Positions 26,596 through 34,755 are shown, counted from the first letter of the stretch. The stretch is 64,000 bases of DNA from Deltaproteobacteria bacterium (GCA_016214995.1 JACRML010000058.1:4194-68193), one strand, 5' to 3'. Notes: generated by a model from the sequence alone, not told the origin. Numbers and translations are program-made.

Positions 26596-27653
26596 AAAAT
26601 ACCCCACTCTTTCAGTTTGAAAAAGACCAGCAAGACAAAGGAAATAAAAGCGCCTGACATATAGATCGGCAAGGCGAACCTGAGTTCCTTTTTAACGCCG
26701 GACATGCCGGTAAAAACGGTTGAACCTGTAAATTGCAGGGCAATATACGAGCTTGCCAGCGGAAAGAATAAAAATGAAAAAACAGCGGCAGGCGCGGCAA
26801 TGGAAATATTTTGTATGCCAAGAAAGGTGAAAACGAGCCCGGCAATCCAGCCTTTAACGGCAAATGACCTGAACGGCACAAAAGGAAGCAGCAGCGGCGT
26901 AACCAATGCGCCTGTCAGAACCGCCAAAAATCCGAGAAAGATAAACGGCAGTCCGTTTGCCAGGCCATCTTTGAATATGATTCCCGACGGCTTCAGGCCC
27001 ATGATGAAAAATATGAGCGCCGCATAAATCGCGTATATTTTAATGGCCGGGATCATCTCCATAGGCGTAAGAACCAGCCTGTCCCACACGGTGAACTTAA
27101 CCCTGCGCATTTCTTCTGTCGTCTGATACCCTGCTTCAACATAGCGCCGGATATCCCGCGCGTCAACAGGGCCGTAATAAACCCTGAATCCGGTTTTTTG
27201 TTGAACAATATGGGCCGCAATCCCCGGCGCACCCAATTGCGGCGCGATAATTCTTTTATGGCTCACAACATTTTCCAATTGCGACGCGCCAATCCGTTTT
27301 ATGAGTTCATCCGTGCCGAATGTGCCTTTGCCTGCCGCGCACCAGACATTGATGCCTTTTGTGTCCAGCACGAGAATCCAGACATTCATCCCCTTTAAAG
27401 AGCGCCTCAAGATATCAAAGCTCATTTTATAATTGGCGCTCACAAACACATCGGAATTTTTATCGGGATTGCCCGCAGTGTAGAGGCCGGGCTTAACCGC
27501 ATATCTCATGCGCAGTCCGCTTATCCTGCATCTGAAGTGATCCAGATATTCCCGAAGAGTCCAATCGGACGATACTGCTGCGGCTAAAGGCGCTGTAGCA
27601 GCATTCTTTGCGCAGCAGGGAGATGACATCTTCTTTGCTTCTGATTTCAGCAT
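26592..27653 (-). CDS. hgcA: Mercury methylation corrinoid protein HgcA
   Basis: Diagnostic cap-helix motif NVWCAAGK (GINVWCAAGKGTFGTDE), an N-terminal corrinoid-binding domain, and a C-terminal block of hydrophobic helices. 353 aa. Confidence 0.88.
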   Translation of the reverse strand: MLKSEAKKMSSPCCAKNAATAPLAAAVSSDWTLREYLDHFRCRISGLRMRYAVKPGLYTAGNPDKNSDVFVSANYKMSFDILRRSLKGMNVWILVLDTKGINVWCAAGKGTFGTDELIKRIGASQLENVVSHKRIIAPQLGAPGIAAHIVQQKTGFRVYYGPVDARDIRRYVEAGYQTTEEMRRVKFTVWDRLVLTPMEMIPAIKIYAIYAALIFFIMGLKPSGIIFKDGLANGLPFIFLGFLAVLTGALVTPLLLPFVPFRSFAVKGWIAGLVFTFLGIQNISIAAPAAVFSFLFFPLASSYIALQFTGSTVFTGMSGVKKELRFALPIYMSGAFISFVLLVFFKLKEWGIL

Positions 27654-27683
27654 GTTCAGTTCAACCTCCTAAAAAACTTTTGT

Positions 27684-27709
27684 GCTGTCAGGAGTTGCCC
27701 CCTGACGGC
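27684..27709 (-). promoter_or_regulatory. Hairpin plus U-tract between the CMD gene and hgcA (possible attenuator or stabiliser)
   Basis: Minus-strand RNA: GCCGUCAGG-GGGCAACU-CCUGACAGC, then ACAAAAGUUUUUU, then the AGGAGG RBS and the hgcA ATG. Confidence 0.35.
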
Positions 27710-27722
27710 AAGCAGCGCCGCC

Positions 27723-27974
27723 TTAACCACAGCCGCACCCTTTTTCCAATGCGCCTGCGTTCGCTTCGGCCGGCTTGAATACAGTTGAACCGAACTGATC
27801 CATCTTGGTCATTGCGCCCTTTCTTACCATCTTCGCTATTGTAATTGCCTCTCCAATCTCCTGCTCACCTGCCCCATTTTCTTTCGCCTTACCGACATGG
27901 TAGCTTAAACAGGGCTGGCAATTTGCCGTAACTGATGCGCCGACTGCTATCAGTTCTTTGATTCTGTTATCCAT
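27723..27974 (-). CDS. Carboxymuconolactone decarboxylase / AhpD-fold protein with Cys-rich tail
   Basis: CQPCLSYH (CxxCxxxH of the AhpD/CMD family). C-terminal KGCGCG. Confidence 0.7.
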   Translation of the reverse strand: MDNRIKELIAVGASVTANCQPCLSYHVGKAKENGAGEQEIGEAITIAKMVRKGAMTKMDQFGSTVFKPAEANAGALEKGCGCG

Positions 27975-27976
27975 AA

Positions 27977-28138
27977 TTAGCCTCCTTCATCATCTTTCTT
28001 ATACAGATTATCTGTATTCTGCATATTATGTCTTCCCATCATACAACCCATTCTTCTCATCATGAGGAAACACAAAATGAGCATAGCAACAGGAAATATC
28101 CACCAGAATCCATATCCAATCCCTCCGCATGTAAACAT
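27977..28138 (-). CDS. 53-aa Cys/Met-rich membrane peptide (below the ORF-track cutoff)
   Basis: Hand translation: MFTCGGIGYGFWWIFPVAMLILCFLMMRRMGCMMGRHNMQNTDNLYKKDDEGG. AAGGAAG RBS. The stop lies 2 nt before the CMD ATG, within its GGAGG RBS. Confidence 0.55.
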   Translation of the reverse strand: MFTCGGIGYGFWWIFPVAMLILCFLMMRRMGCMMGRHNMQNTDNLYKKDDEGG

Positions 28139-28204
28139 GGCGCATCACTTCCTTTCTAATCTTATAGACGGAGGTCAGTCAGAAAAGGATACACCTACTT
28201 CTTC

Positions 28205-28422
28205 CCGTAAAATAGCAATTAAAAACCTCGCTACTTTACAAACCTGCGATTTGCCCGCCATACTTCGTTACCGGACAATTTTTACTCCTCACCGTATCGG
28301 TGAACATACGGCTCGTTGTAAATAACACACCCCTTTAGTCCCCCTCTCGAGAGGGGATTTAGGGGTGTGTTGTCTGGCAGGCAACTTGCAGGTTTCCCCA
28401 AAAATCAAAGTCTATTTTTGGG
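28205..28422 (-). repeat. ~250-bp multi-hairpin mosaic element, copy C (inverted, one hairpin deleted)
   Basis: The reverse complement aligns with copies B and D but lacks the GGCTGGCTCCACTTGC..GCAAGTGGAAG hairpin. Its first hairpin arm supplies the last codons and stop (SQK*) of the ECF sigma gene. Confidence 0.9.
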
Positions 28423-29035
28423 ACTTCCGAAACCCTTCAAAGGCAGTTTTCGGGTCGCATGCCAATTGATTTCGTTCATCACGATAAAAACTGCAATGGG
28501 CCTCCAGTTCTTTCTTTAGTTTTGCTCTGGCGCGATGCAGCCTGATTTTGACCGTATCAAGGGTAATGCCAAGGATGTCGGCAATCTCGTTGTTTTTCAA
28601 CCCTTCCAACTCACCAAGCGCTACAATAGTTCTATAGTTTTCCGGGAGGTTTTCAATAAAATCCCGGATGCACCGGTTCATATCCTTCCTAATGAGTTCC
28701 TGATCAATAGAGGGCATCTTTTCTCCTGTCCAGACATCCTTGTCTTCTGTGTCCCCTTCGCTTAAATCGTCCGATGATTTTCTGTAAGCCATTTGTTGGA
28801 AAGAAGGACTGCGGAGTCTGTCTAACGCAGCATTGGTAGCGATGCGATATATCCATGTTGATAATTGGCACTCGCCCCTGAAATTCTTCAAGGCTTGACT
28901 TATCTTGATGAAAACCTCTTGACACAGGTCTTCAGCCTCATGCTGGCCTGCCAGTCGTTTTAGATAGCGCAATATTCTCGGCTGGAAGGTGTCATAAATT
29001 GTCTGAAACTCCAATTTTTCCATAACCTCGCCCAT
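28412..29035 (-). CDS. ECF-type sigma-70 factor with Cys-containing C-terminal tail
   Basis: Region 2 (AEDLCQEVFIKI..LSTWIYRIATNAALD) and region 4 (YRTIVALGELEGLKNNEIADILGITLDTVKIRLHRAR). Tail EAHCSFYRDERNQLACD. Start set at Met41 of the track ORF to avoid overlap with the AbrB-like gene. Confidence 0.8.
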   Translation of the reverse strand: MGEVMEKLEFQTIYDTFQPRILRYLKRLAGQHEAEDLCQEVFIKISQALKNFRGECQLSTWIYRIATNAALDRLRSPSFQQMAYRKSSDDLSEGDTEDKDVWTGEKMPSIDQELIRKDMNRCIRDFIENLPENYRTIVALGELEGLKNNEIADILGITLDTVKIRLHRARAKLKKELEAHCSFYRDERNQLACDPKTAFEGFRKSQK

Positions 29036-29046
29036 CTCCACATCCT

Positions 29047-29313
29047 TTACCTCAATATATCTTTCATAACCGGACCGAGCCTCCCCTTTACCATATCCAC
29101 CAGGTCTTCCACTTTCATCAGGGTAATACAGCATATCTTGCCGTCTTTGTGCCATGTGGTGACGGCCAATTTGTCTCCGGTCTTTATCTTTGCCTTTTCC
29201 CGCAGCTCCTTGGGCAGAACCATCTGGCCGCGCTCATCAACGGTTACGATGGATTCCACCTTGCAGTTGTTTTCCGGTTCGCAGCAGGAAATGTCTTTCT
29301 TGTTTTTGGCCAT
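29047..29313 (-). CDS. AbrB/SpoVT-family DNA-binding protein with vicinal cysteines
   Basis: VDERGQMVLPKELREKAKIKTGDKLAV swapped-hairpin motif. N-terminal DISCCEPENNC and internal GKICCITL. Confidence 0.7.
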   Translation of the reverse strand: MAKNKKDISCCEPENNCKVESIVTVDERGQMVLPKELREKAKIKTGDKLAVTTWHKDGKICCITLMKVEDLVDMVKGRLGPVMKDILR

Positions 29314-29365
29314 CTTCTCCCCCTTGCATAGTATTCTGATAATTCTGATTATTCAGATTAGTCCT

Positions 29366-29393
29366 ATTATACCTATTAAAAGCTATTTGTCAA
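29366..29393 (-). promoter_or_regulatory. Consensus sigma-70 promoter for the AbrB-ECF-hgc chain
   Basis: Minus strand: TTGACA (29393-29388), 16-nt spacer, TATAAT (29371-29366). Followed by a TCTGA-ATAA-TCAGA palindrome and a GGGGGAG RBS. Confidence 0.6.
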
Positions 29394-29515
29394 GGTCAAC
29401 GGATAACCCAAATCCCGCTCTAACGGGATTTGAAACCGTCAACCTCTTGCTGTTGGTAATGTGTACAGAAGCTTGACGATGTCAAACTTTGCTGATAAGA
29501 TAAGCCGAAATAATT

Positions 29516-30700
29516 ATGATATTAAACAATAAAAAAATAGTAGTGGGAATTACGGGCGGAATAGCTGCATATAAGGCTCTGGAGCTTGTCAGGCTTTTCA
29601 TAAAAAACGGCGCTTTGGTTTGGCCAGTCATGACAAGGTCAGCAGTCAACTTTATAACACCGTTAAGCCTCCAGACAGTTGCGAGAAACCCTGTTTTTCA
29701 GGATATGTTTGACCTCACCCTGGAATCAAAGATGTCTCATATTGACCTGGCAGAAAAGGCAGACATGGTAGTCGTTGCACCTGCAACGGCAAATATTATA
29801 GGAAAGGTTGCATCAGGTATTGCAGATGATCTTCTAACAACAATTATTATGGCTACAAAGGCACCAGTTCTTTTTGCACCGGCAATGAATTCCAATATGT
29901 ATGAAAACAAGATTGTGCAGCATAATATTGAGAAACTTAAAAAGATTGGATACCACTTTATAGGACCTGATGAGGGAGAACTTGCCTGCGGATATGAAGG
30001 TAAAGGCCGTCTTGCGCCAGTTGAAGATATTTTAGATGCTGCAGAGGAATGCCTTGCTCCAAAGAACCTGAAAGGTGAAAAGATATTGGTTACAGCCGGA
30101 CCGACAAGAGAGGCCATAGACCCTGTAAGATTTATCTCTAACCCATCATCAGGCAAGATGGGCTACGCTATTGCAAGGGCAGCCAAAAGACGGGGAGCCG
30201 AAGTCGTTCTGGTGAGCGGCCCTTCTCATCTGGCGCCTCCAAGAGGCATTACCTTTATAAAAACCACAACAGCAGAGGATATGGCGGAGGCGGCCATGAG
30301 GCACTATCCTCAATCTACTGTCGTTATAATGGCTGCTGCTGTGTCTGATTACAGGCCAAAGATAAGCCATGGAAAGAAGGTAAAAAAGGAAGAGGCAAGG
30401 TTTAACATAGAATTGGAAAGAACTCAGGATATACTTAAAGAAATGGGAAATAGAAAAAGAGGGCAGTTTCTCGTTGGTTTTGCACTTGAAACGGAAGATA
30501 TATTGGCAAATGCCAAGAAGAAGTTAAAGGAAAAAAAGCTGGATCTAATAATTGCTAACGACCCAACTAGTTTTGACGGAGAGGTAACGCAGGTAACTGT
30601 TCTGGGAAAAGATGACAAGATTGAAGCGCTGCCGGCCCTTGCGAAGAATGAAGTAGCGGAACATATCCTTGATAGGGTTATAAATAAGTTAAGGAGTTGA
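29516..30700 (+). CDS. coaBC: Bifunctional phosphopantothenoylcysteine decarboxylase/synthetase
   Basis: KKIVVGITGGIAAYKALELVRL flavoprotein N-domain and C-terminal CoaB domain (SGKMGYAIA..AAAVSDYRP). Confidence 0.9.
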   Translation: MILNNKKIVVGITGGIAAYKALELVRLFIKNGALVWPVMTRSAVNFITPLSLQTVARNPVFQDMFDLTLESKMSHIDLAEKADMVVVAPATANIIGKVASGIADDLLTTIIMATKAPVLFAPAMNSNMYENKIVQHNIEKLKKIGYHFIGPDEGELACGYEGKGRLAPVEDILDAAEECLAPKNLKGEKILVTAGPTREAIDPVRFISNPSSGKMGYAIARAAKRRGAEVVLVSGPSHLAPPRGITFIKTTTAEDMAEAAMRHYPQSTVVIMAAAVSDYRPKISHGKKVKKEEARFNIELERTQDILKEMGNRKRGQFLVGFALETEDILANAKKKLKEKKLDLIIANDPTSFDGEVTQVTVLGKDDKIEALPALAKNEVAEHILDRVINKLRS

Positions 30701-30765
30701 AGGACTTAAAAGTTGGCTGGTCTATCGTTTGCTCCCTGGCACCTAAACTGCCTTTGTTTTACTCC

Positions 30766-31620
30766 TCAACTTTTTATTATGCCAATAGCCCTTTCCATAG
30801 CATATTCCCAGTCTTTGCCATTTTTCTTGAGCGCCTTTAAATGTTTTTTCAGCCTTTTTGCAGTGTCCAGATTGTCTTTCCCTGTCGGGTCATATACAAA
30901 ACATTTTGCCCTTTGACCGCGAATTAAAAAATCCTTGATGGCAGAAAATGAACGATTATAATATTGTTTCTTTTCCTCCGTACTTAAGACCCATCTGGAC
31001 GAAGATGACAACATGCCCAACATGCTGTGCCACTGATTTATCCTGTGTATCAAAAGAATGCTTGAAAAGATGGTCTTGTTTGTTCTAAAAGATAAAGGGG
31101 TGTCTTCAAGTATGTTTTTCAGGAGACTGTCGTTTTCTTTATGAACCTCTTTAGACATTTTAGACGGTAGTTTCCAAATGTTTTTGTCGGCAAGCGCATC
31201 AAACCTTAGTTCCCAGTAGGTATGCTTGAGAATTTTGCTGGAAAATGATTGAATAAACTTTTCCGGAATATAATAATTATGTGCAATAGTATCCGCCGCA
31301 AGATGGCTTATATAGCCATAGGCAAATGCTTTTTGCGGCTCAGTCTGGGCGCTTTTCAGGATTTTAAGCCCAACTCTCCAGTTATGGCAGTGCTTGAGTT
31401 TGTCTGTTAAATTTTTTCCTACAACTATATCGGCGCTTATATTTCCATAGAGGTAATCATATGGAAATCTTGATAATAGTTCTTGCAGGAAAAGTGGAAG
31501 GGACTTGAGATTATTTAATATGTCCAATCCTAGTTCCAGATGTGTTGCAGGCCCCCAGGCGTATGCATCATTAGGTGTGAAGATGAAAATCAGAAAGACT
31601 CCTGCAATTAATAGATACAT
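30766..31620 (-). CDS. Zinc-dependent phospholipase C-like protein
   Basis: Signal peptide, then AWGPATHLELG at the mature N-terminus and HLAADTIAHN. The pattern fits the Zn_dep_PLPC fold. Confidence 0.5.
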   Translation of the reverse strand: MYLLIAGVFLIFIFTPNDAYAWGPATHLELGLDILNNLKSLPLFLQELLSRFPYDYLYGNISADIVVGKNLTDKLKHCHNWRVGLKILKSAQTEPQKAFAYGYISHLAADTIAHNYYIPEKFIQSFSSKILKHTYWELRFDALADKNIWKLPSKMSKEVHKENDSLLKNILEDTPLSFRTNKTIFSSILLIHRINQWHSMLGMLSSSSRWVLSTEEKKQYYNRSFSAIKDFLIRGQRAKCFVYDPTGKDNLDTAKRLKKHLKALKKNGKDWEYAMERAIGIIKS

Positions 31621-31708
31621 GGCAAAATGTTACAGCAAAACAGATAGATTGTAAAGCCTGCCAAAACGACATTTAATTATTTACTTTACTGGCAAAGGAG
31701 TTTAAACC

Positions 31709-32491
31709 ATGACGGATAAAAGTGTGTCTTATAAAGATATGATAAATGATATGCAAAACTACCTCCTTTACCTAAAGGGAATAGGCATAGAAGAGCTGCC
31801 TGCCAAAAAGACAGAGGTCAGGGGCCAGGGGCCTGCCCTCGAATGCATCTATCGGGGGTCAGGGGGCGGAAAGACCGATATAGAACTAAAAGGAGGTAGT
31901 TTAAATTTGGCGGATGAAGCCTTAACCCTTGAATCCATTCGTGAAGAATTGGGAGATTGCAAACGATGCAAGCTTCACCAAACAAGGACAAATATTGTTT
32001 TCGGGGTTGGCAATCCCAATGCCAGCCTTGTATTCGTAGGCGAAGGGCCTGGAGAAGATGAAGATATACAGGGAGAGCCTTTTGTTGGAAGGGCAGGCCA
32101 GTTATTAACGCGGATAATCAAGGCAATGGGATTAAAGAGAGAAGATGTTTATATCTGCAATGTTGTAAAATGCAGACCTCCCGGAAACCGCAACCCGGAA
32201 ACCGACGAGATAGCAACGTGCAAGCCATTTATGGAAAAACAGATTAATGCTATTAAACCGCAGATAATTGTAGCATTAGGGACTCATGCTGCGCAGACGC
32301 TTTTAAATACACCTGTGAAGATAACTGCGCTGCGAGGGAAATTTCATTGGTATAGAAACGGTATTCGGGTTATGCCGACATTCCACCCTTCTTATCTTTT
32401 GAGAAATGAGGGCAAGAAAAAAGAGGTATGGGAGGATATGAAAATGGTGCTTAAAGCGTTGGGTTTAAAGATTCCGGAAGAAAAGAAATGA
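31709..32491 (+). CDS. Uracil-DNA glycosylase, family 4
   Basis: CKRCKLHQTRTNIVFGVGNPNASLVFVGEGPGEDED..GEPFVGRAGQLL, followed by HPSYLLR. About 85-aa N-terminal extension. Confidence 0.85.
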   Translation: MTDKSVSYKDMINDMQNYLLYLKGIGIEELPAKKTEVRGQGPALECIYRGSGGGKTDIELKGGSLNLADEALTLESIREELGDCKRCKLHQTRTNIVFGVGNPNASLVFVGEGPGEDEDIQGEPFVGRAGQLLTRIIKAMGLKREDVYICNVVKCRPPGNRNPETDEIATCKPFMEKQINAIKPQIIVALGTHAAQTLLNTPVKITALRGKFHWYRNGIRVMPTFHPSYLLRNEGKKKEVWEDMKMVLKALGLKIPEEKK

Positions 32492-32569
32492 AGCCGAAAC
32501 GTCATCCTGAACATGCAAAATAAACAAAAATATAGATGTTGTTCCCTTGCTCATCATTCTGCTGAGATG

Positions 32570-33373
32570 TTAATTATTACGATGACATCTGAAACAATCT
32601 TCTAACGGAAATGCAACCTTTCCATGGCACACCCCACAGTAATGCCCTTGATTTATCTTATTCATCGTTGTCTGATTTGAGGCTGCCTGCGGTTTGAATA
32701 TATTAGGATGACAGTTATCACACACCAAAATTTTAGTATGTGCCGCATGAGGATATATAACATCCGGCATTACAGGATTTCTAAGAAATATCTCAACAAC
32801 CACATCCAGGTTAATCATCTGTTCATCGCCCTTTAAACCTGTCTTTGGTTTAAACTTGCCATCTTCCAGCGCCTTTACCCAGTCCACTTTGTTTCCGTAA
32901 CTATTTGTTGGAAAGTCCTTAGTAATTTCATAAAAGTTTTTGTTCTCTTTTACCTCTATCCCCTCAGAATGGCACCTATCGCAGTTTGTGGCTGCAAATG
33001 CAGTAGTTCCGTTATGACATGTCCCACACCACTTTCCTTCCAATATGTCAGCCTGCTTTATATCATTTGCACCTTTCTTCATTTGAAAACCAAGGTCACT
33101 GTGGCATACCTTGCAGACAAACTGTGTTCTGTGCCACCAGTGAGGAAATACTACCGACCTTATGGCCTGTCCTTCGCCTGTATGCTTTTTCATGGTTATA
33201 TTGCCATATTCGTGCGGCGGCGGCAGATTTTGCATACCGGTGGCCGGGCCTATCCCCTCTGTATCCTCTTCAGCTTTTATTGTAGGTGCTGCTTCCTGGG
33301 GTTTTGCACCCATCCCGGTTATAAATGGGAGTAGTAGAAATAATAATAAACTAATTGAGAATCTTTTTAGCAT
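32570..33373 (-). CDS. Periplasmic hexaheme cytochrome c (two c7-type triheme modules)
   Basis: Signal peptide. Six CxxCH motifs: CKVCH, CGTCH, CDRCH, CDNCH, CGVCH, CFRCH. Each module is preceded by (F/Y)PHxxH. Confidence 0.8.
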   Translation of the reverse strand: MLKRFSISLLLFLLLPFITGMGAKPQEAAPTIKAEEDTEGIGPATGMQNLPPPHEYGNITMKKHTGEGQAIRSVVFPHWWHRTQFVCKVCHSDLGFQMKKGANDIKQADILEGKWCGTCHNGTTAFAATNCDRCHSEGIEVKENKNFYEITKDFPTNSYGNKVDWVKALEDGKFKPKTGLKGDEQMINLDVVVEIFLRNPVMPDVIYPHAAHTKILVCDNCHPNIFKPQAASNQTTMNKINQGHYCGVCHGKVAFPLEDCFRCHRNN

Positions 33374-33674
33374 ACACTTCCCTCAAAGGTAAATTTTTTA
33401 TCTATTCATTATTTCTTTCATCCGGAGAAAAGGTGCCACTATGAATATCTGGCTTTGTAATATAGCAGATTAGATTTGAAATAGTCAAGGGCTCCGAATT
33501 GCCTCGAATTGCCTCGCAAAAAATGTTACCCAAACATTTTTTAAAACATATCGTTCCGTCATAATGAATGTTACCGGAATATCTTCCTCTAAGGAGGAGA
33601 GTTGTTCTATTAAAATCAGAAATTGTCAAATTCGCAGTCAACATATTCACATTTTAAAATAATGGGAGAGTTAG

Positions 33675-34673
33675 CTATAGATGTAGCACTTCAACATTTT
33701 TGACTCCTCTTTGCCTGCTACCTTCTTTCTTCCTCACCATCTCCACGGCCATTTTTATCGCAGCTATCATACTTGATGGGTTTGCTGTGCCTTTCCATGC
33801 AATATCATAGGCTGTTCCGTGGTCAACAGATGTCCGGATAATCGGCAGACCAAGCGTTACATTGACGCCGTCTTCAAAGTGCAGGAGTTTTAAGGGAATC
33901 AGCCCCTGGTCGTGATACATGCAGACAACGCAGTCAAACTCCTTATTTTTAACAACCCTGTAAAAAAGTGTATCCGGCGGCAAAGGGTCTGATGCGTTTA
34001 TTCCTAGCTTTCTTGCCTTTTTTATCGCAGGAAGGATAATCTGCCCTTCTTCGTCTCCAAAAAGTCCTGCCTCACCTGCATGGGGATTTAAGCCTGCAAC
34101 TGCAATCCTCGGCTTCTTGAGACCAAAATATTTTTTGAAGGTATCGTCTGTTATCTTTATGGTTTTGAAAATATTTTCTCTTGTTAAAAATTTTGGCACC
34201 CTTTTTATTGACTCATGAATGGTCACAAGGATAACCTTCAGGCTTGAGCCTGCAAGCATCATGCGGAAGTTTTTTGTCTTTGTCAGATGTGCAAGGAATT
34301 CGGTATGGCCGTGAAATTTATATCCTGCCTTATTAATGGTCTCTTTGCTGATAGGACCCGTAACAATGGCGTCAACATCCCCAGCCATGGCCATACAAAC
34401 AGCCTCTTGTATGTAGGTCATCATGGCCTTAGCACAAACCTTATCAGGTTTTCCTGGTTTTAATTTATTGGGATTAAGATTGGAGAGGTTTATGATATTT
34501 AAATTTGAAATTTGAAATTTGAAATTTGAAATTAAATGCTCAAGGACTGCCTCATCGCCTAAAATCACGGGATTACAGAGCCGCCTAATTTGCTTGTCAG
34601 AAATGGCCTTTAAAATAACCTCCGGCCCAACCCCTGTAGGGTCGCCCATGGTGATTGCGATGGTAGGTTTCAT
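33675..34673 (-). CDS. pdxA: 4-hydroxythreonine-4-phosphate dehydrogenase
   Basis: KPTIAITMGDPTGVGPEVILKA and HGHTEFLA, DHGTA motifs. ATG at 34673 preferred to the TTG at 34694. Confidence 0.88.
   Translation of the reverse strand: MKPTIAITMGDPTGVGPEVILKAISDKQIRRLCNPVILGDEAVLEHLISNFKFQISNLNIINLSNLNPNKLKPGKPDKVCAKAMMTYIQEAVCMAMAGDVDAIVTGPISKETINKAGYKFHGHTEFLAHLTKTKNFRMMLAGSSLKVILVTIHESIKRVPKFLTRENIFKTIKITDDTFKKYFGLKKPRIAVAGLNPHAGEAGLFGDEEGQIILPAIKKARKLGINASDPLPPDTLFYRVVKNKEFDCVVCMYHDQGLIPLKLLHFEDGVNVTLGLPIIRTSVDHGTAYDIAWKGTANPSSMIAAIKMAVEMVRKKEGSRQRGVKNVEVLHL
34502..34536. repeat. Heptamer array (AATTTGA)x4-5 in frame in pdxA
   Basis: Encodes ISNFKFQISN in a variable loop. 32 nt are identical to the array in gspJ. 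Confidence 0.9.
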
Positions 34674-34755
34674 AAAAATACAGGTTATGGGCAATAGGCT
34701 ATAGGCCTTCCGATGTCTTTCCTATTACCTATTGCCCTTGCCTATTGCCTGTTTT

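Noticed and set aside
28062-28325. The 87-aa plus-strand ORF.
   Set aside because: Its second half is repeat copy C. Its first half is antisense to a better-supported 53-aa minus-strand ORF that has an RBS and is translationally coupled to the CMD gene.
33402-33650. The 82-aa minus-strand ORF in the pdxA-cytochrome spacer.
   Set aside because: It has no RBS or recognisable motif. It overlaps a direct repeat (CCGAATTGCCTCGAATTGCCTCG) and an AAAAAATGTT..AACATTTTTT hairpin. The region is more likely a promoter or terminator.
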